Positions 8,488-17,494 of a stretch of DNA of 32,000 nucleotides are shown piece after piece; the stretch's first letter is position 1; every line of letters begins with the position of its first letter. Where the stretch lies: the NCBI GenBank assembly GCA_041649575.1, contig JBAZMW010000001.1:180001-212000 (forward strand), written 5' to 3'. The position numbers and the translations under genes were made by a program. The DNA is from Patescibacteria group bacterium. GTDB taxonomy: Bacteria; Patescibacteriota; Patescibacteriia; 2-01-FULL-39-33. The notes beneath the pieces are model-generated. The model made no database searches, was not told the origin of the DNA, and worked only from the letters and a program-made list of their open reading frames with translations.

Positions 8488-9885
8488 ATGAATAACAGAA
8501 TCGGTTGGCTGATTTTTGGGGGATTGTTTTTGGGAGGATTATTTTTTTTGCCACAATTGTCGCTGGCCGTGACACCAAAAATTTTACCGGAGATTAAAAT
8601 TTTTGACGCGCAAGGCGTTCTCAAAAAGAGTTTTTTGGTTTTCGGTAAAAATTATCAGGGGACAGCCGATTTGGCGGTTGTGGATTTGGGTGGCGATGGC
8701 ACCAAGGAAATCATAGTCGGCGCCGGCGGCGGCAACTGGCCGGCGGTGGAGGTTTGGCGCGGTGAGGGCAGTAAAATTTATGATTTTTTGGCTTATGATA
8801 AGAATTTTAAAGGCGGGGTTTTTGTCGGCGCTGGCGATATTGACGGTGACAAAAAAGAAGAGATCATCACGGGCGCCGGCTATGGCGGCGGGCCGCACGT
8901 TAGAATTTTTAAGGACAAGGAGCCGATTTTGAACTTTTTTGCCTTTAATAAAGACGATCGGCAAGGGACAAAAGTAACAGCAGCCGATTTGGGCGGCGAC
9001 GGCCGGGTAGAGATATTGGCCGGCTCCAGCTTCAATCAACAGCCAGAGTTGTTGCTTTTTGACAATCTGGGCGGCAAATTAAGCACCGGACAAAAATTTA
9101 ATTTTTCTTCGAATAGCGGACTAAATTTAAGCAAGCTGGACATTAACGGCGACAAGAAAAATGAGATTCTTTTGGCTTCAGGCTATGGCAATCCGCCGGA
9201 AGTTTTTATTTTGGATAATCGGCTTAAGGAAATAGGCAAATTTTTGGCGGCGGAAGCGAACTACCAGGGAGGCATTAATGTGGCCGGCGGGGATATTGAT
9301 AATGACGGCCAAGACGAGATAATCACCAGTATCAGTTTTGCCGGCCAGCCGAGAATAAAAATTTTCAAAGCCAATGGTGAATTAATCAAAGAGTTTTGGG
9401 CTTACGATACGGGCTACCGGGGCGGGGTCAAGGTGGCGGCGGGAGATGTCGACGGCGACGGTCGGCTGGAAATTATCACCCTGCCGGAGAGAATTTTCGG
9501 CAATTTAAGGACGGAATACAAATACATAGAAGTTGACTTAAAGCAACAGCGCTTAAAGTATTGGCAGGGCGGCTATCAGCTGGGTAGTTTTTTAATTTCT
9601 TCCGGTTTGGCCAAAACGCCAACACCGACAGGAGAGTTTGTGATTTATAACAAGCGTCCCAAGGTGACGATGAGCTGGTATTACGGACCCAACAATCCTA
9701 TGAATTATAATTTACCCGGCGTACCCTGGGTCTCGTCTTTTTCCGGCCATTATACCATTCATGGCACCTATTGGCATAATAATTTCGGCCACCCCATGAG
9801 CCATGGCTGCATTAATATGAAGACACCAGAAGCAAAAATAATTTATGACTGGGCGGATCTGGGAACTAAAGTGATTATTAACTGA
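8488..9885 (+). CDS. secreted FG-GAP/VCBS-repeat protein fused to a YkuD L,D-transpeptidase domain
   Basis: 465 aa. Signal/TM segment, then at least 6 repeats of the form DLGGDG..EII.G / GDIDGD..EEIITG. C-terminal YkuD catalytic pattern HGTYWHNNFGHPMSHGCINM (codons around 9798-9818). Confidence 0.85.
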   Translation: MNNRIGWLIFGGLFLGGLFFLPQLSLAVTPKILPEIKIFDAQGVLKKSFLVFGKNYQGTADLAVVDLGGDGTKEIIVGAGGGNWPAVEVWRGEGSKIYDFLAYDKNFKGGVFVGAGDIDGDKKEEIITGAGYGGGPHVRIFKDKEPILNFFAFNKDDRQGTKVTAADLGGDGRVEILAGSSFNQQPELLLFDNLGGKLSTGQKFNFSSNSGLNLSKLDINGDKKNEILLASGYGNPPEVFILDNRLKEIGKFLAAEANYQGGINVAGGDIDNDGQDEIITSISFAGQPRIKIFKANGELIKEFWAYDTGYRGGVKVAAGDVDGDGRLEIITLPERIFGNLRTEYKYIEVDLKQQRLKYWQGGYQLGSFLISSGLAKTPTPTGEFVIYNKRPKVTMSWYYGPNNPMNYNLPGVPWVSSFSGHYTIHGTYWHNNFGHPMSHGCINMKTPEAKIIYDWADLGTKVIIN

Positions 9886-9890
9886 TTTTT

Positions 9891-10292
9891 ATGATTCTAA
9901 TCATTAACACCGCTGGTAGCGATTTCTCGGAAATAATTTTGGCTAAAACCAAGGATAAGTTTTTGATCAAAAAAATAGCCGGACATGGCCGACAACAATC
10001 AGAAAAATTATTGGCAACAGTGGATGCTTTTTCAAAGAAAAATAAAGTAAAGCTGGCTCAGCTTAAAGCTATTGGGGTGGTGAGCGGTCCCGGAAGTTTT
10101 ACGGCGCTAAGAATAGGCGTTACAGCAGCCAATACCCTGGCTTATGCTTTAAAGTTGCCGCTCGTTGGCTTAAAATTAGGAGAATTTAACGACAGCAAAC
10201 AGCTGGTTGATAAAATTTTTAGAAAAATAGTAAAAACCAAACCAGGAAGAATCGTGTCTCCCTTCTATAACAAAGAACCCAATATAAGTTAG
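9891..10292 (+). CDS. tsaB: tRNA t6A biosynthesis protein TsaB (YeaZ), short form
   Basis: 133 aa. IGVVSGPGSFTALRIGVTAANTLAYALKLPLVG matches the TsaB GPGSFTGLRIG core. Shorter than typical TsaB proteins (about 230 aa). Confidence 0.75.
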   Translation: MILIINTAGSDFSEIILAKTKDKFLIKKIAGHGRQQSEKLLATVDAFSKKNKVKLAQLKAIGVVSGPGSFTALRIGVTAANTLAYALKLPLVGLKLGEFNDSKQLVDKIFRKIVKTKPGRIVSPFYNKEPNIS

Positions 10293-10338
10293 CTGGCCTT
10301 ATTTATCCCCAATTTATTAACTTATTGTCGAAATAATG

Positions 10339-10369
10339 AAAAAAATGGCTTAAAATCAGGCCATTTTTT
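10339..10369. terminator. possible terminator hairpin after tsaB
   Basis: AAAAAAATGGC - 10-nt loop - GCCATTTTTT. A/T-rich stem, so weak. Confidence 0.4.
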
Positions 10370-10395
10370 GTGTTTAAAAATAATTGACGCCAGTG

Positions 10396-10424
10396 TTGAA
10401 AAGTAAAATAAAGTGGTGTATAAT
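10396..10424 (+). promoter_or_regulatory. putative dcw (mraZ) promoter
   Basis: TTGAAA (10396-10401), 17-nt spacer, TATAAT (10419-10424). Confidence 0.5.
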
Positions 10425-10434
10425 AAATGATATA

Positions 10435-10454
10435 TGGGGAAAAGTGGGGAAAAC
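10435..10454 (+). promoter_or_regulatory. tandem TGGGGAAAA(G/C) direct repeats, candidate MraZ operator
   Basis: TGGGGAAAAG / TGGGGAAAAC lie back to back just downstream of the -10. A further GTGGTG sits at 10413-10418. This resembles the GTGGG-type direct repeats bound by MraZ upstream of mraZ in other bacteria. Confidence 0.45.
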
Positions 10455-10510
10455 CTGTTTGGTAAGAGGATAAATCCAATACAAAATTATAAAAAAGTCA
10501 ATTAAAGACC

Positions 10511-10939
10511 ATGTTTGTCGGCCAATATTCACACAATTTAGATAATAAAGGCAGGGTGGCGGTGCCAGCCAAGTTTCGTCAGGAATTGAAAAAAGCAGTG
10601 GTTACCAAGGGTTTGGATGACTGCCTTTTTTTATATCCCAAAAATGAGTGGGACAAAATTGCCACCAAGGTGGCTAATTTGCCCATGGATAAGCCGGAAA
10701 ATCGCGCTTTCGCCCGCTCGCTTCTGGCCGGCGCTTCGGAAACAGAGTTTGATAAGCAAGGAAGAATAATTCTGCCGGAGTATTTAAGGGAGTTTGCCGG
10801 CATCAATAAAAATGTCATCATAGTCGGTTTGTATAATCGTTTGGAAATCTGGGATGAAAAGAAATGGGATAATTATAGAAAGGAAAGCGACAGGAATTAT
10901 AACAACATCGCTAACGCGTTGAATGACTTAAGATCCTGA
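10511..10939 (+). CDS. mraZ: transcriptional regulator MraZ
   Basis: 142 aa. Two SpoVT/AbrB-like halves with LD.KGR...P motifs (NLDNKGRVAVPAKFR, FDKQGRIILPEYLR). Confidence 0.93.
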   Translation: MFVGQYSHNLDNKGRVAVPAKFRQELKKAVVTKGLDDCLFLYPKNEWDKIATKVANLPMDKPENRAFARSLLAGASETEFDKQGRIILPEYLREFAGINKNVIIVGLYNRLEIWDEKKWDNYRKESDRNYNNIANALNDLRS

Positions 10940-10945
10940 AAAATC

Positions 10946-11845
10946 ATGCTGGAAATCCAGAGCCTACATCAGCCAGTATTATTGAGAGAGGTTTTATCTT
11001 ATCTTAGTCCACAGCCCGGCAAAAATTTTGTGGACTGCACTTTTGGCGGCGCCGGACACGCTTTGGAAATTTTGGAGAAGATTAAGCCGCAGGGCAGATT
11101 AATCGGTATTGATTGGGACGATTCGGCGATTCTGACCAGCCGTAATGAGAATTTAATCTTAGTCAATGATAATTATAAAAATTTAAAAAAAATAATCAAT
11201 GATGCTGGAATTGATAAAATTAGCGGAATACTGCTGGACCTGGGGCTGTCTTCAAATCAGCTCGGCCGAGAGGATCGGGGATTTGGTTTCCAGAGCCAGG
11301 GACATCTTGACTTAAGATACAGCCAGCAGACCAACGGATTGACGGCGAGAGATATTTTAAAAAGTTACAGCGAGGAAGAGTTGTTTCAAATATTTAAAAA
11401 TTATGGAGAAGAGCCACTGTCTCGGCCAATCGCCAAGAAAATAATCGCGAAACGCCAAGAAGGTCGGGCCATTGAGACGGCTGAAATGCTTGTCCAGCTA
11501 GTCTCACAAGTCTACTCCCATTATTTTAAATCACGTTCGCGCCGTAATCCGGCCACCAGAGTTTTTCAGGCGCTAAGAATCGCTGTTAATGATGAATTTG
11601 GCAATCTGCGGAGTGTTTTGCCGCAAGCAGTGGAGGCCCTAGTTCCTGGCGGCCGGCTGGCGGTAATTTCCTTTCATTCTGGAGAGGATCGTATTGTCAA
11701 ACAGTTCTTCAGGCAGGAGGCCAAAAAAGATCGGCCGACAGTTAAAATTTTGACCAAAAAGCCGATAACAGCTTCGACTCAAGAGAGAGAAAAAAATCCC
11801 CGCAGCCGCAGCGCTAAACTAAGAGTAGTCGAAAAAATTAATTAA
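10946..11845 (+). CDS. rsmH: 16S rRNA (cytosine1402-N4)-methyltransferase RsmH (MraW)
   Basis: 299 aa. HQPVLL.EV, DCTFGGAGH, LLDLGLSS.Q, FHSGEDRIVK and NPRSRSAKLR motifs. Confidence 0.93.
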   Translation: MLEIQSLHQPVLLREVLSYLSPQPGKNFVDCTFGGAGHALEILEKIKPQGRLIGIDWDDSAILTSRNENLILVNDNYKNLKKIINDAGIDKISGILLDLGLSSNQLGREDRGFGFQSQGHLDLRYSQQTNGLTARDILKSYSEEELFQIFKNYGEEPLSRPIAKKIIAKRQEGRAIETAEMLVQLVSQVYSHYFKSRSRRNPATRVFQALRIAVNDEFGNLRSVLPQAVEALVPGGRLAVISFHSGEDRIVKQFFRQEAKKDRPTVKILTKKPITASTQEREKNPRSRSAKLRVVEKIN

Positions 11846-11873
11846 TAATAAAAGTGGCTAGCAAAACAAGTTT

Positions 11874-12245
11874 ATGTGCAAACTTTGGAAAAAAGAAGAG
11901 AGCAATCATCATTTTCCCGAACTGAACAAAAAAAAGAAAATCGTTTCCATAGTTAAAAGTTGTTTCGGTTGGAACAAGCTGAGTTTGGTTTTGGTGGCCC
12001 TAACCATCACGATCGGCCTGACTTATTTGTTTCAGACCAATGCCACGGTAGCCGACGGTTATAAAATTAAAGGATTGGAAGATAAAATCAACAGTTTAAA
12101 AGAGGAAAATAAAAAATTAAATTTAAAAAGCATTGAGTTGCAGTCAATGGCCAATATTTCCAGTCAAGTAGCCGACCTAAATTTAGTAACGACCAAAGAC
12201 ATCGAAATTATAACGCCAGTTGGTTCGGCCGTGGCCTTACGTTAA
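11874..12245 (+). CDS. ftsL: FtsL-like bitopic cell-division protein
   Basis: 123 aa. Single TM (LSLVLVALTITIGLTYLF) followed by a coiled coil (KGLEDKINSLKEENKKLNLKSIELQS). Sits between rsmH and ftsI. The call is by position and architecture. Confidence 0.6.
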   Translation: MCKLWKKEESNHHFPELNKKKKIVSIVKSCFGWNKLSLVLVALTITIGLTYLFQTNATVADGYKIKGLEDKINSLKEENKKLNLKSIELQSMANISSQVADLNLVTTKDIEIITPVGSAVALR

Positions 12246-12251
12246 AAAGAA

Positions 12252-14147
12252 ATGAGTTGGCGGCAAAACAAACCAGAAAAATCGGGAAACCATGGCGGCA
12301 GCAAGGTTAGAATCAGACTTCTAGCCATTTTTTTTATAGTTTTTGGATTTTTGGCGATAGTCCGGTTATTCGATCTGCAAATTTTAAAAGGCAGTTTTTA
12401 TACCGCCTTAGCTTCTGGTCAACATGAGTTGTATCAGCGGTTATTTCCCGAAAGGGGCTCGGTTTATGTGATAGAAAAAGAGGGCAACAAAGAAACGCTT
12501 TTCCCTTTGGTTACTAATCATGATCTATACATGCTTTATGCCATACCGAAAGAAATTGTCGATCCCGAGGAAACAGCCAAAAAAGTAATGGCTATCTTCG
12601 GTTTGCCGGAAGAGATTAATTTTAAGCAAGTGGAAAAAGAGTTGTTTGCCGATATCTCGGCCAGTACTAGTCCCAAGCTGGCGGCCGAAATAAAAGAGGA
12701 GAGAAAGAAGAAGTGGTACCAGGAGCAGCTGGATTTGGAAATAAAAAAATTAGCTGACAAATTTTCCAGAAAAGAAGATCCTTATGAGCCGATCAGGCAT
12801 AAATTAACGCCAGAGCAGGTGGAAGAGATCAAGGCATTGAATATTGATGGGCTGGCTTTTCAAAAAGAAGTTTGGCGATTTTACACGGAAAAAGGTTTGG
12901 GTGGCCATCTTTTTGGCTTTTGGGGTTTTGCCGGCGATAATCGTCAAGGAAAATATGGTTTGGAGGGTTATTTTGATCAAATTTTGGCGGGCAAATTCGG
13001 AGAAATTCACTCGGAACGCGATGCTTGGGGCAATATCATAGCGGTCGGTAAGAATTCGTTGGTAGAAAAGATTGATGGTTCTGATTTGGTTTTGACCATT
13101 GACAGGGCTGTTCAGTACAAGGCTTGCCAGGCGTTGTATCAGGCGGTAGATCATTTTGAGGCGGCTGGCGGAGCGGTGGTGGTGATGAATCCTAAAACCG
13201 GAGCCATTTTGGCTATGTGCGGGGCTCCCGACTACAACCCCGACGAATATAATAAAGTTGACGATATCCAAGTTTATAATAACCCGGCGATTTTCAAGGC
13301 CTATGAGCCAGGCTCGATTTTCAAAGTGATCACTATGGCGGCGGCTTTAGACGCTGGCAAGATAGAACCAACAACAACCTATGAAGATAAAGGAGAAGTG
13401 GTTTACGATCATTTTCATATCAAGAATTTCAATGACAAAATATATGGCCGCCAGACAATGATCGAGGTTTTGGAAAAATCAATAAACACCGGAGCCATTT
13501 ATGCCATGAAACAGACGACGGCCAAAGTTTTTACTAAATACGTGAAAGACTTCGGTTTCGGACAAAAGACCGGAATCGAATTGGATAAAGAGGTGGTTGG
13601 CGACATTTCCAATTTAGACAGAAGAGGCGAGATTTATGCGGCCACCGCTTCTTTTGGACAGGGTATTATGGTGACGCCGCTCCAGATGTTGACAGCGGTT
13701 TCGGCTATTGCCAATGAGGGAAAAATTATGAAGCCATATATCGTGTCTAAAATTATCAGCCACAACAAGGGCCAGGATGAGATTGAGGAGTTTCGGCCGC
13801 AGGAAGTGCGGCAGGTTATATCTCCTAAGGCGGCGGCCATGCTTTCCGGCATGATGGTGAGCGTGGTGGAAAGCGGCCATGGCAAACCGGCAGCAGTGCC
13901 CGGCTATCGAGTGGCCGGCAAGACCGGCACCGCCCAAATAGCCAACAAAAATAGCGGCGGTTATTCCTCGGCGGTTTATACTTCTTTTGTCGGTTTTGCT
14001 CCTTTCGCCGACCCCAGGATCGCTATAATTGTGAGCCTCGACAATCCGCAAAGAGGCCGAGAGGCGATGGTGGTGGCGGCGCCGGTTTTTGCCGACATTG
14101 CCAAATTTGCCCTGCAGTATTATAATGTGCCTTACGATAATAAATAA
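12252..14147 (+). CDS. ftsI: class B penicillin-binding protein (FtsI-type transpeptidase)
   Basis: 631 aa. N-terminal TM, PBP dimerisation region, and transpeptidase motifs SIFK (SxxK), SIN (SxN) and KTGTA (KTG). In dcw position. Confidence 0.9.
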   Translation: MSWRQNKPEKSGNHGGSKVRIRLLAIFFIVFGFLAIVRLFDLQILKGSFYTALASGQHELYQRLFPERGSVYVIEKEGNKETLFPLVTNHDLYMLYAIPKEIVDPEETAKKVMAIFGLPEEINFKQVEKELFADISASTSPKLAAEIKEERKKKWYQEQLDLEIKKLADKFSRKEDPYEPIRHKLTPEQVEEIKALNIDGLAFQKEVWRFYTEKGLGGHLFGFWGFAGDNRQGKYGLEGYFDQILAGKFGEIHSERDAWGNIIAVGKNSLVEKIDGSDLVLTIDRAVQYKACQALYQAVDHFEAAGGAVVVMNPKTGAILAMCGAPDYNPDEYNKVDDIQVYNNPAIFKAYEPGSIFKVITMAAALDAGKIEPTTTYEDKGEVVYDHFHIKNFNDKIYGRQTMIEVLEKSINTGAIYAMKQTTAKVFTKYVKDFGFGQKTGIELDKEVVGDISNLDRRGEIYAATASFGQGIMVTPLQMLTAVSAIANEGKIMKPYIVSKIISHNKGQDEIEEFRPQEVRQVISPKAAAMLSGMMVSVVESGHGKPAAVPGYRVAGKTGTAQIANKNSGGYSSAVYTSFVGFAPFADPRIAIIVSLDNPQRGREAMVVAAPVFADIAKFALQYYNVPYDNK

Positions 14148-14187
14148 GGAAAACGCGGTTTATCAAATTTAATAACAGGAAAGAAAA

Positions 14188-15474
14188 ATGAAATTTTTTA
14201 AAAAGATTGTCCAAAAAATTTTACGGCTGTTGGCGCGGCTGATTTTGAATAAATACCAGCCGGAGATCATTGGTATCACCGGCAGCTTTGGCAAGACTTC
14301 GACCAAGGAAGCGATTTACACCGTTTTATCAAAAAGATTTAACGTGCGAGAGAACATCAAAAATTACAACAACGAAATCGGTTTGCCTTTGACAATTATT
14401 GGCGCCGGTAGCGGCGGTCGTTCGGTGTGGGGCTGGGTAGGAGTATTTGCCAAGGCGTTAGTGTTGTTGATTTGGAAAGACAAAAGATACCCGGAAATTT
14501 TGGTTTTGGAAATGGCAGTCGATCGGGTGGGTGATATGAAGTATCTGACCGATTTGGCGCCTTGTAAAATAGGAGTGGTCACCAATATCGGCCCGGTGCA
14601 TCTGGAGTTTTTCAAAACCCTAGAGAGAATCGCCAAGGAAAAATCAGTGATTGTCTCGCAACTGACCACCAACGGCTGGGCGATCTTAAATGCCGATAAT
14701 GATTATGTGCGGCAGATGGCCGAAGAGACCAAAGCCAGAATCATGACTTATGGTATTTTAGAAAAAGATACAAGTATCAGGGCATCGGAAATCATTATTT
14801 CACAGAATAATCAAGAAGAGATCGCGGGTTTGAGTTTTAAACTCTCATACCGTGGCAGTACGGTGCCGGTTTTCCTGCCTAATATTTTGGGCGAACATTT
14901 GATTTACGCGGCGCTGGCGGCAGCGGCCATCGGCCTGGTTTATGAAATGAATTTGCTGGAAATTTCCGAGGCTTTGCGACTGTTTAAAGCGCCAAGCGGC
15001 CGCATGAACTTGCTGGTAGGAATCAAGCAGACAAAGATCATTGACGATAGCTATAATGCCGGTCCGGATTCGATGCTGGCGGCTTTGAAGGTTTTGGGAA
15101 AAATTAATGGCGGTGGCAGAAAAATAGCGGTTTTGGGCGATATGTTGGAACTGGGCGATTATACCGACGAAGGACACCGTCAGGTAGGGGCGGAAGTGGT
15201 TAAGAATAAGATAGATATTTTAATTACAGTGGGCGAGAGAGCGAGAACAATCGCGGCCGAATCGCAAAGACAAGGCCTGGACAGTGATCTGATTTTTAAT
15301 TTTTCCGACACGGAAAGAGCCGGATCTTTTTTGCAGGAAAGAATGGAAGAAGGCGACCTGGTTTTGGTCAAAGGGTCGCAAGGAATGCGAATGGAGAAGA
15401 TTGTCAAAGAAATAATGGCCGAGCCGCTTAGAGCCAAAGAACTTTTAGTACGCCAGGAAAAGCCCTGGAATTAG
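14188..15474 (+). CDS. murF: UDP-N-acetylmuramoyl-tripeptide--D-alanyl-D-alanine ligase
   Basis: 428 aa. Mur ligase P-loop GITGSFGKTSTKE, NYNNEIGLPLT, DDSYNA and a C-terminal LVKGSQGMRME pattern. Confidence 0.88.
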   Translation: MKFFKKIVQKILRLLARLILNKYQPEIIGITGSFGKTSTKEAIYTVLSKRFNVRENIKNYNNEIGLPLTIIGAGSGGRSVWGWVGVFAKALVLLIWKDKRYPEILVLEMAVDRVGDMKYLTDLAPCKIGVVTNIGPVHLEFFKTLERIAKEKSVIVSQLTTNGWAILNADNDYVRQMAEETKARIMTYGILEKDTSIRASEIIISQNNQEEIAGLSFKLSYRGSTVPVFLPNILGEHLIYAALAAAAIGLVYEMNLLEISEALRLFKAPSGRMNLLVGIKQTKIIDDSYNAGPDSMLAALKVLGKINGGGRKIAVLGDMLELGDYTDEGHRQVGAEVVKNKIDILITVGERARTIAAESQRQGLDSDLIFNFSDTERAGSFLQERMEEGDLVLVKGSQGMRMEKIVKEIMAEPLRAKELLVRQEKPWN

Positions 15475-15547
15475 GTTTGCTAAAAATTCTAGAAAATTTT
15501 AAAATTATCATATTAATAATTAAACAGATGGCTGTAATCGAGGATTT

Positions 15548-16975
15548 ATGCCAAAAATTTATAACACCTTAACTCGCAAAAAAGAAGAATTTGAACCACT
15601 TAAAGACAAAGTGGTTACTTTTTATCAATGCGGTCCGACGGTTTATTGGACACAGCATATCGGCAATATGCGAGCCATGGTTTTGGCGGATTTGATTAGG
15701 CGTTCGCTGGAATATTTGGGTTATAAAGTGAAGTTTGCCAGAAATTATACCGATGTCGGCCACTTGACCAGCGATGAAGACGAAGGCGAGGATAAAATGG
15801 CCAAGGCCGCTAGTAGGGAAAAATTAACGCCGGAAGAAATCGCGGATAAATATATTGGAATTTTTGAACAGGACGTGAAGGCCCTGAATTGCGAGGAGCC
15901 AACTTATGAGCCACAAGCCACCAAGTATATAAAAGAGATGCAAAAAATGGTGCAAACCTTGATTGACAGGGGCTATGCTTATGCCACTGATTTGGCGATT
16001 TATTTTGATGTTAATTATTATATTGAAAAAGGCGGGGATTATACTGGTCTGTCCGGCCAGGATTTAGAAAAAAATATTACTAATGCCGGCAAGGGCGAAG
16101 TAAGTGACAAGCAAAAAAAGAAGCCGCAGGATTTTGCAATCTGGTTTTTTAAAGTCGGTGAACACCAAAATGCTTTGCAGACTTGGGACAGCGAGTTCAA
16201 ATTGCCTGACGGGCAAAGCATAAAAAAAGAAGGTTTTCCGGGCTGGCATTTGGAATGTTCGGCGATGAACAAGGCGCTATTTGGCGATACGATTGATATT
16301 CACATGGGCGGCATTGAACATGTTCCGGTGCATCACACCAATGAGATTGCCCAGAGCGAGGCGGCCAACGGCAAGAGGTTTGTAAATTATTGGCTGCATA
16401 ATGAGCATTTGACGATTGACGGTGGAAAGATGTCTAAATCTGAAGGCACAGCCTATTCTTTGGCAGATATTAGAGCCAAGGGACTTGACTCGCTGGTTTT
16501 GAGATACTTCTTTTTGCAGGCGCATTATCGCAGCAAACAAAATTTTACTTGGAAGGCATTGGAGTCGGCCAGTGTGGCTTTGAATAATTTAAAGAATGTC
16601 ATTGCGAGGAGCAAAGCGACGAAGCAATCCCGTGGCAATATAAGCGAAGAGTTTAAACAAAAATTTACTGCCGTTTTGGGTGATGATTTCAATATTCCGC
16701 AGGCCTTATCTATTGTTTGGGAAATATTAAAATCGAATTTGCATGATGAGGACAAGGTGGCGACTATTTTGGATTTTGATAAAGTTTTGGGCTTAGGACT
16801 TGATAAAATTAAGGCAGAAGAGATTCCGCAGGCGGTAATTGATTTGGCCGAGGAGAGACTGAAAGTCAGGCAGGACAAGGATTTTAAAAAATCTGATGAG
16901 TTGAGAGAGAAGATGAAAGAGACGGGTTGGGAGATAGAGGATGAGAAGGAAGGATATAAATTAAAGAAGTTATAA
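15548..16975 (+). CDS. cysS: cysteine--tRNA ligase
   Basis: 475 aa. HIGN (HIGH) and KMSKS motifs, GWHLECSAM zinc/cysteine-binding region. Confidence 0.93.
   Translation: MPKIYNTLTRKKEEFEPLKDKVVTFYQCGPTVYWTQHIGNMRAMVLADLIRRSLEYLGYKVKFARNYTDVGHLTSDEDEGEDKMAKAASREKLTPEEIADKYIGIFEQDVKALNCEEPTYEPQATKYIKEMQKMVQTLIDRGYAYATDLAIYFDVNYYIEKGGDYTGLSGQDLEKNITNAGKGEVSDKQKKKPQDFAIWFFKVGEHQNALQTWDSEFKLPDGQSIKKEGFPGWHLECSAMNKALFGDTIDIHMGGIEHVPVHHTNEIAQSEAANGKRFVNYWLHNEHLTIDGGKMSKSEGTAYSLADIRAKGLDSLVLRYFFLQAHYRSKQNFTWKALESASVALNNLKNVIARSKATKQSRGNISEEFKQKFTAVLGDDFNIPQALSIVWEILKSNLHDEDKVATILDFDKVLGLGLDKIKAEEIPQAVIDLAEERLKVRQDKDFKKSDELREKMKETGWEIEDEKEGYKLKKL
16597..16634. repeat. short palindromic element inserted in-frame in cysS (same family as 20135-20194)
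   Basis: TGTCATTGCGAG-GAGCAAAGCGACGAA-GCAATCCCGTG. The 12-nt and 11-nt termini are identical to those of the reverse complement of the dus element. Translated as VIARSKATKQSRG. Confidence 0.8.
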
Positions 16976-16983
16976 ATAAAATT

Positions 16984-17031
16984 TTTAGACAAATTTAATA
17001 CCGGAAAGTCGCTGGCGCAACCTTCCAGTAT
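16984..17031 (-). repeat. 48-nt hairpin module R1, 3' of the 122-aa ORF
   Basis: TTTAGACAAATTTAATACCGGAAAGTCGCTGGCGCAACCTTCCAGTAT. 43/48 identical to R2. As minus-strand RNA it forms a 12-bp stem (12/12 paired including 3 G-U) with a GCCA loop, followed by a U-rich tail. Confidence 0.85.
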
Positions 17032-17058
17032 AGTGTTTACCGTGCATTATAATCCAGC

Positions 17059-17427
17059 TCACTCTACTTGAGCATTGATTTCTGCTGTAATGCCGGAGTA
17101 CAACTTGTGGCGTTCCGGCCCCACGATAAATGAGAGAGCGACAAACCCCAGTACAGTTTTATTATGTTTGTATCGAATGTTCCGGCAAAGCCTTTTCATG
17201 ATGCCATGTAAGTACACTGGGTGAGAGCGAATCAAGGCACGGCGAGTGCGTGGGTCCTGCCATTCTTTCAACACCTCCCATGCTTTTTGTTCGTCGTATT
17301 TTTGACTTTCTTGTAATGCCTGGCGTAATTCGTCCGCATAGTCGCGGCGAAAGTTGTCGATCTCTGCGATCGACAAGACTATTGGCACCCCATCATCCAT
17401 TTCCCCGTTTCCACTTTCCGTTCCCAT
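17059..17427 (-). CDS. hypothetical protein (122 aa), island cassette 2
   Basis: ATG 17427-17425 preceded by AGGAGGG (17434-17440, minus) at 6-nt spacing. No motif recognised. Confidence 0.65.
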   Translation of the reverse strand: MGTESGNGEMDDGVPIVLSIAEIDNFRRDYADELRQALQESQKYDEQKAWEVLKEWQDPRTRRALIRSHPVYLHGIMKRLCRNIRYKHNKTVLGFVALSFIVGPERHKLYSGITAEINAQVE

Positions 17428-17494
17428 GACGATCCCTCCTGTTGTAGGTACTGTTTTTAGTCTATCAGATGGTTTTAAAATAGTAAAATTTATA

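Noticed and set aside
15475-15547. T-box or other leader upstream of cysS
   Set aside because: The 73-nt, A/T-rich gap is too short for a T-box (about 200 nt or more), and no specifier or antiterminator stems are visible.
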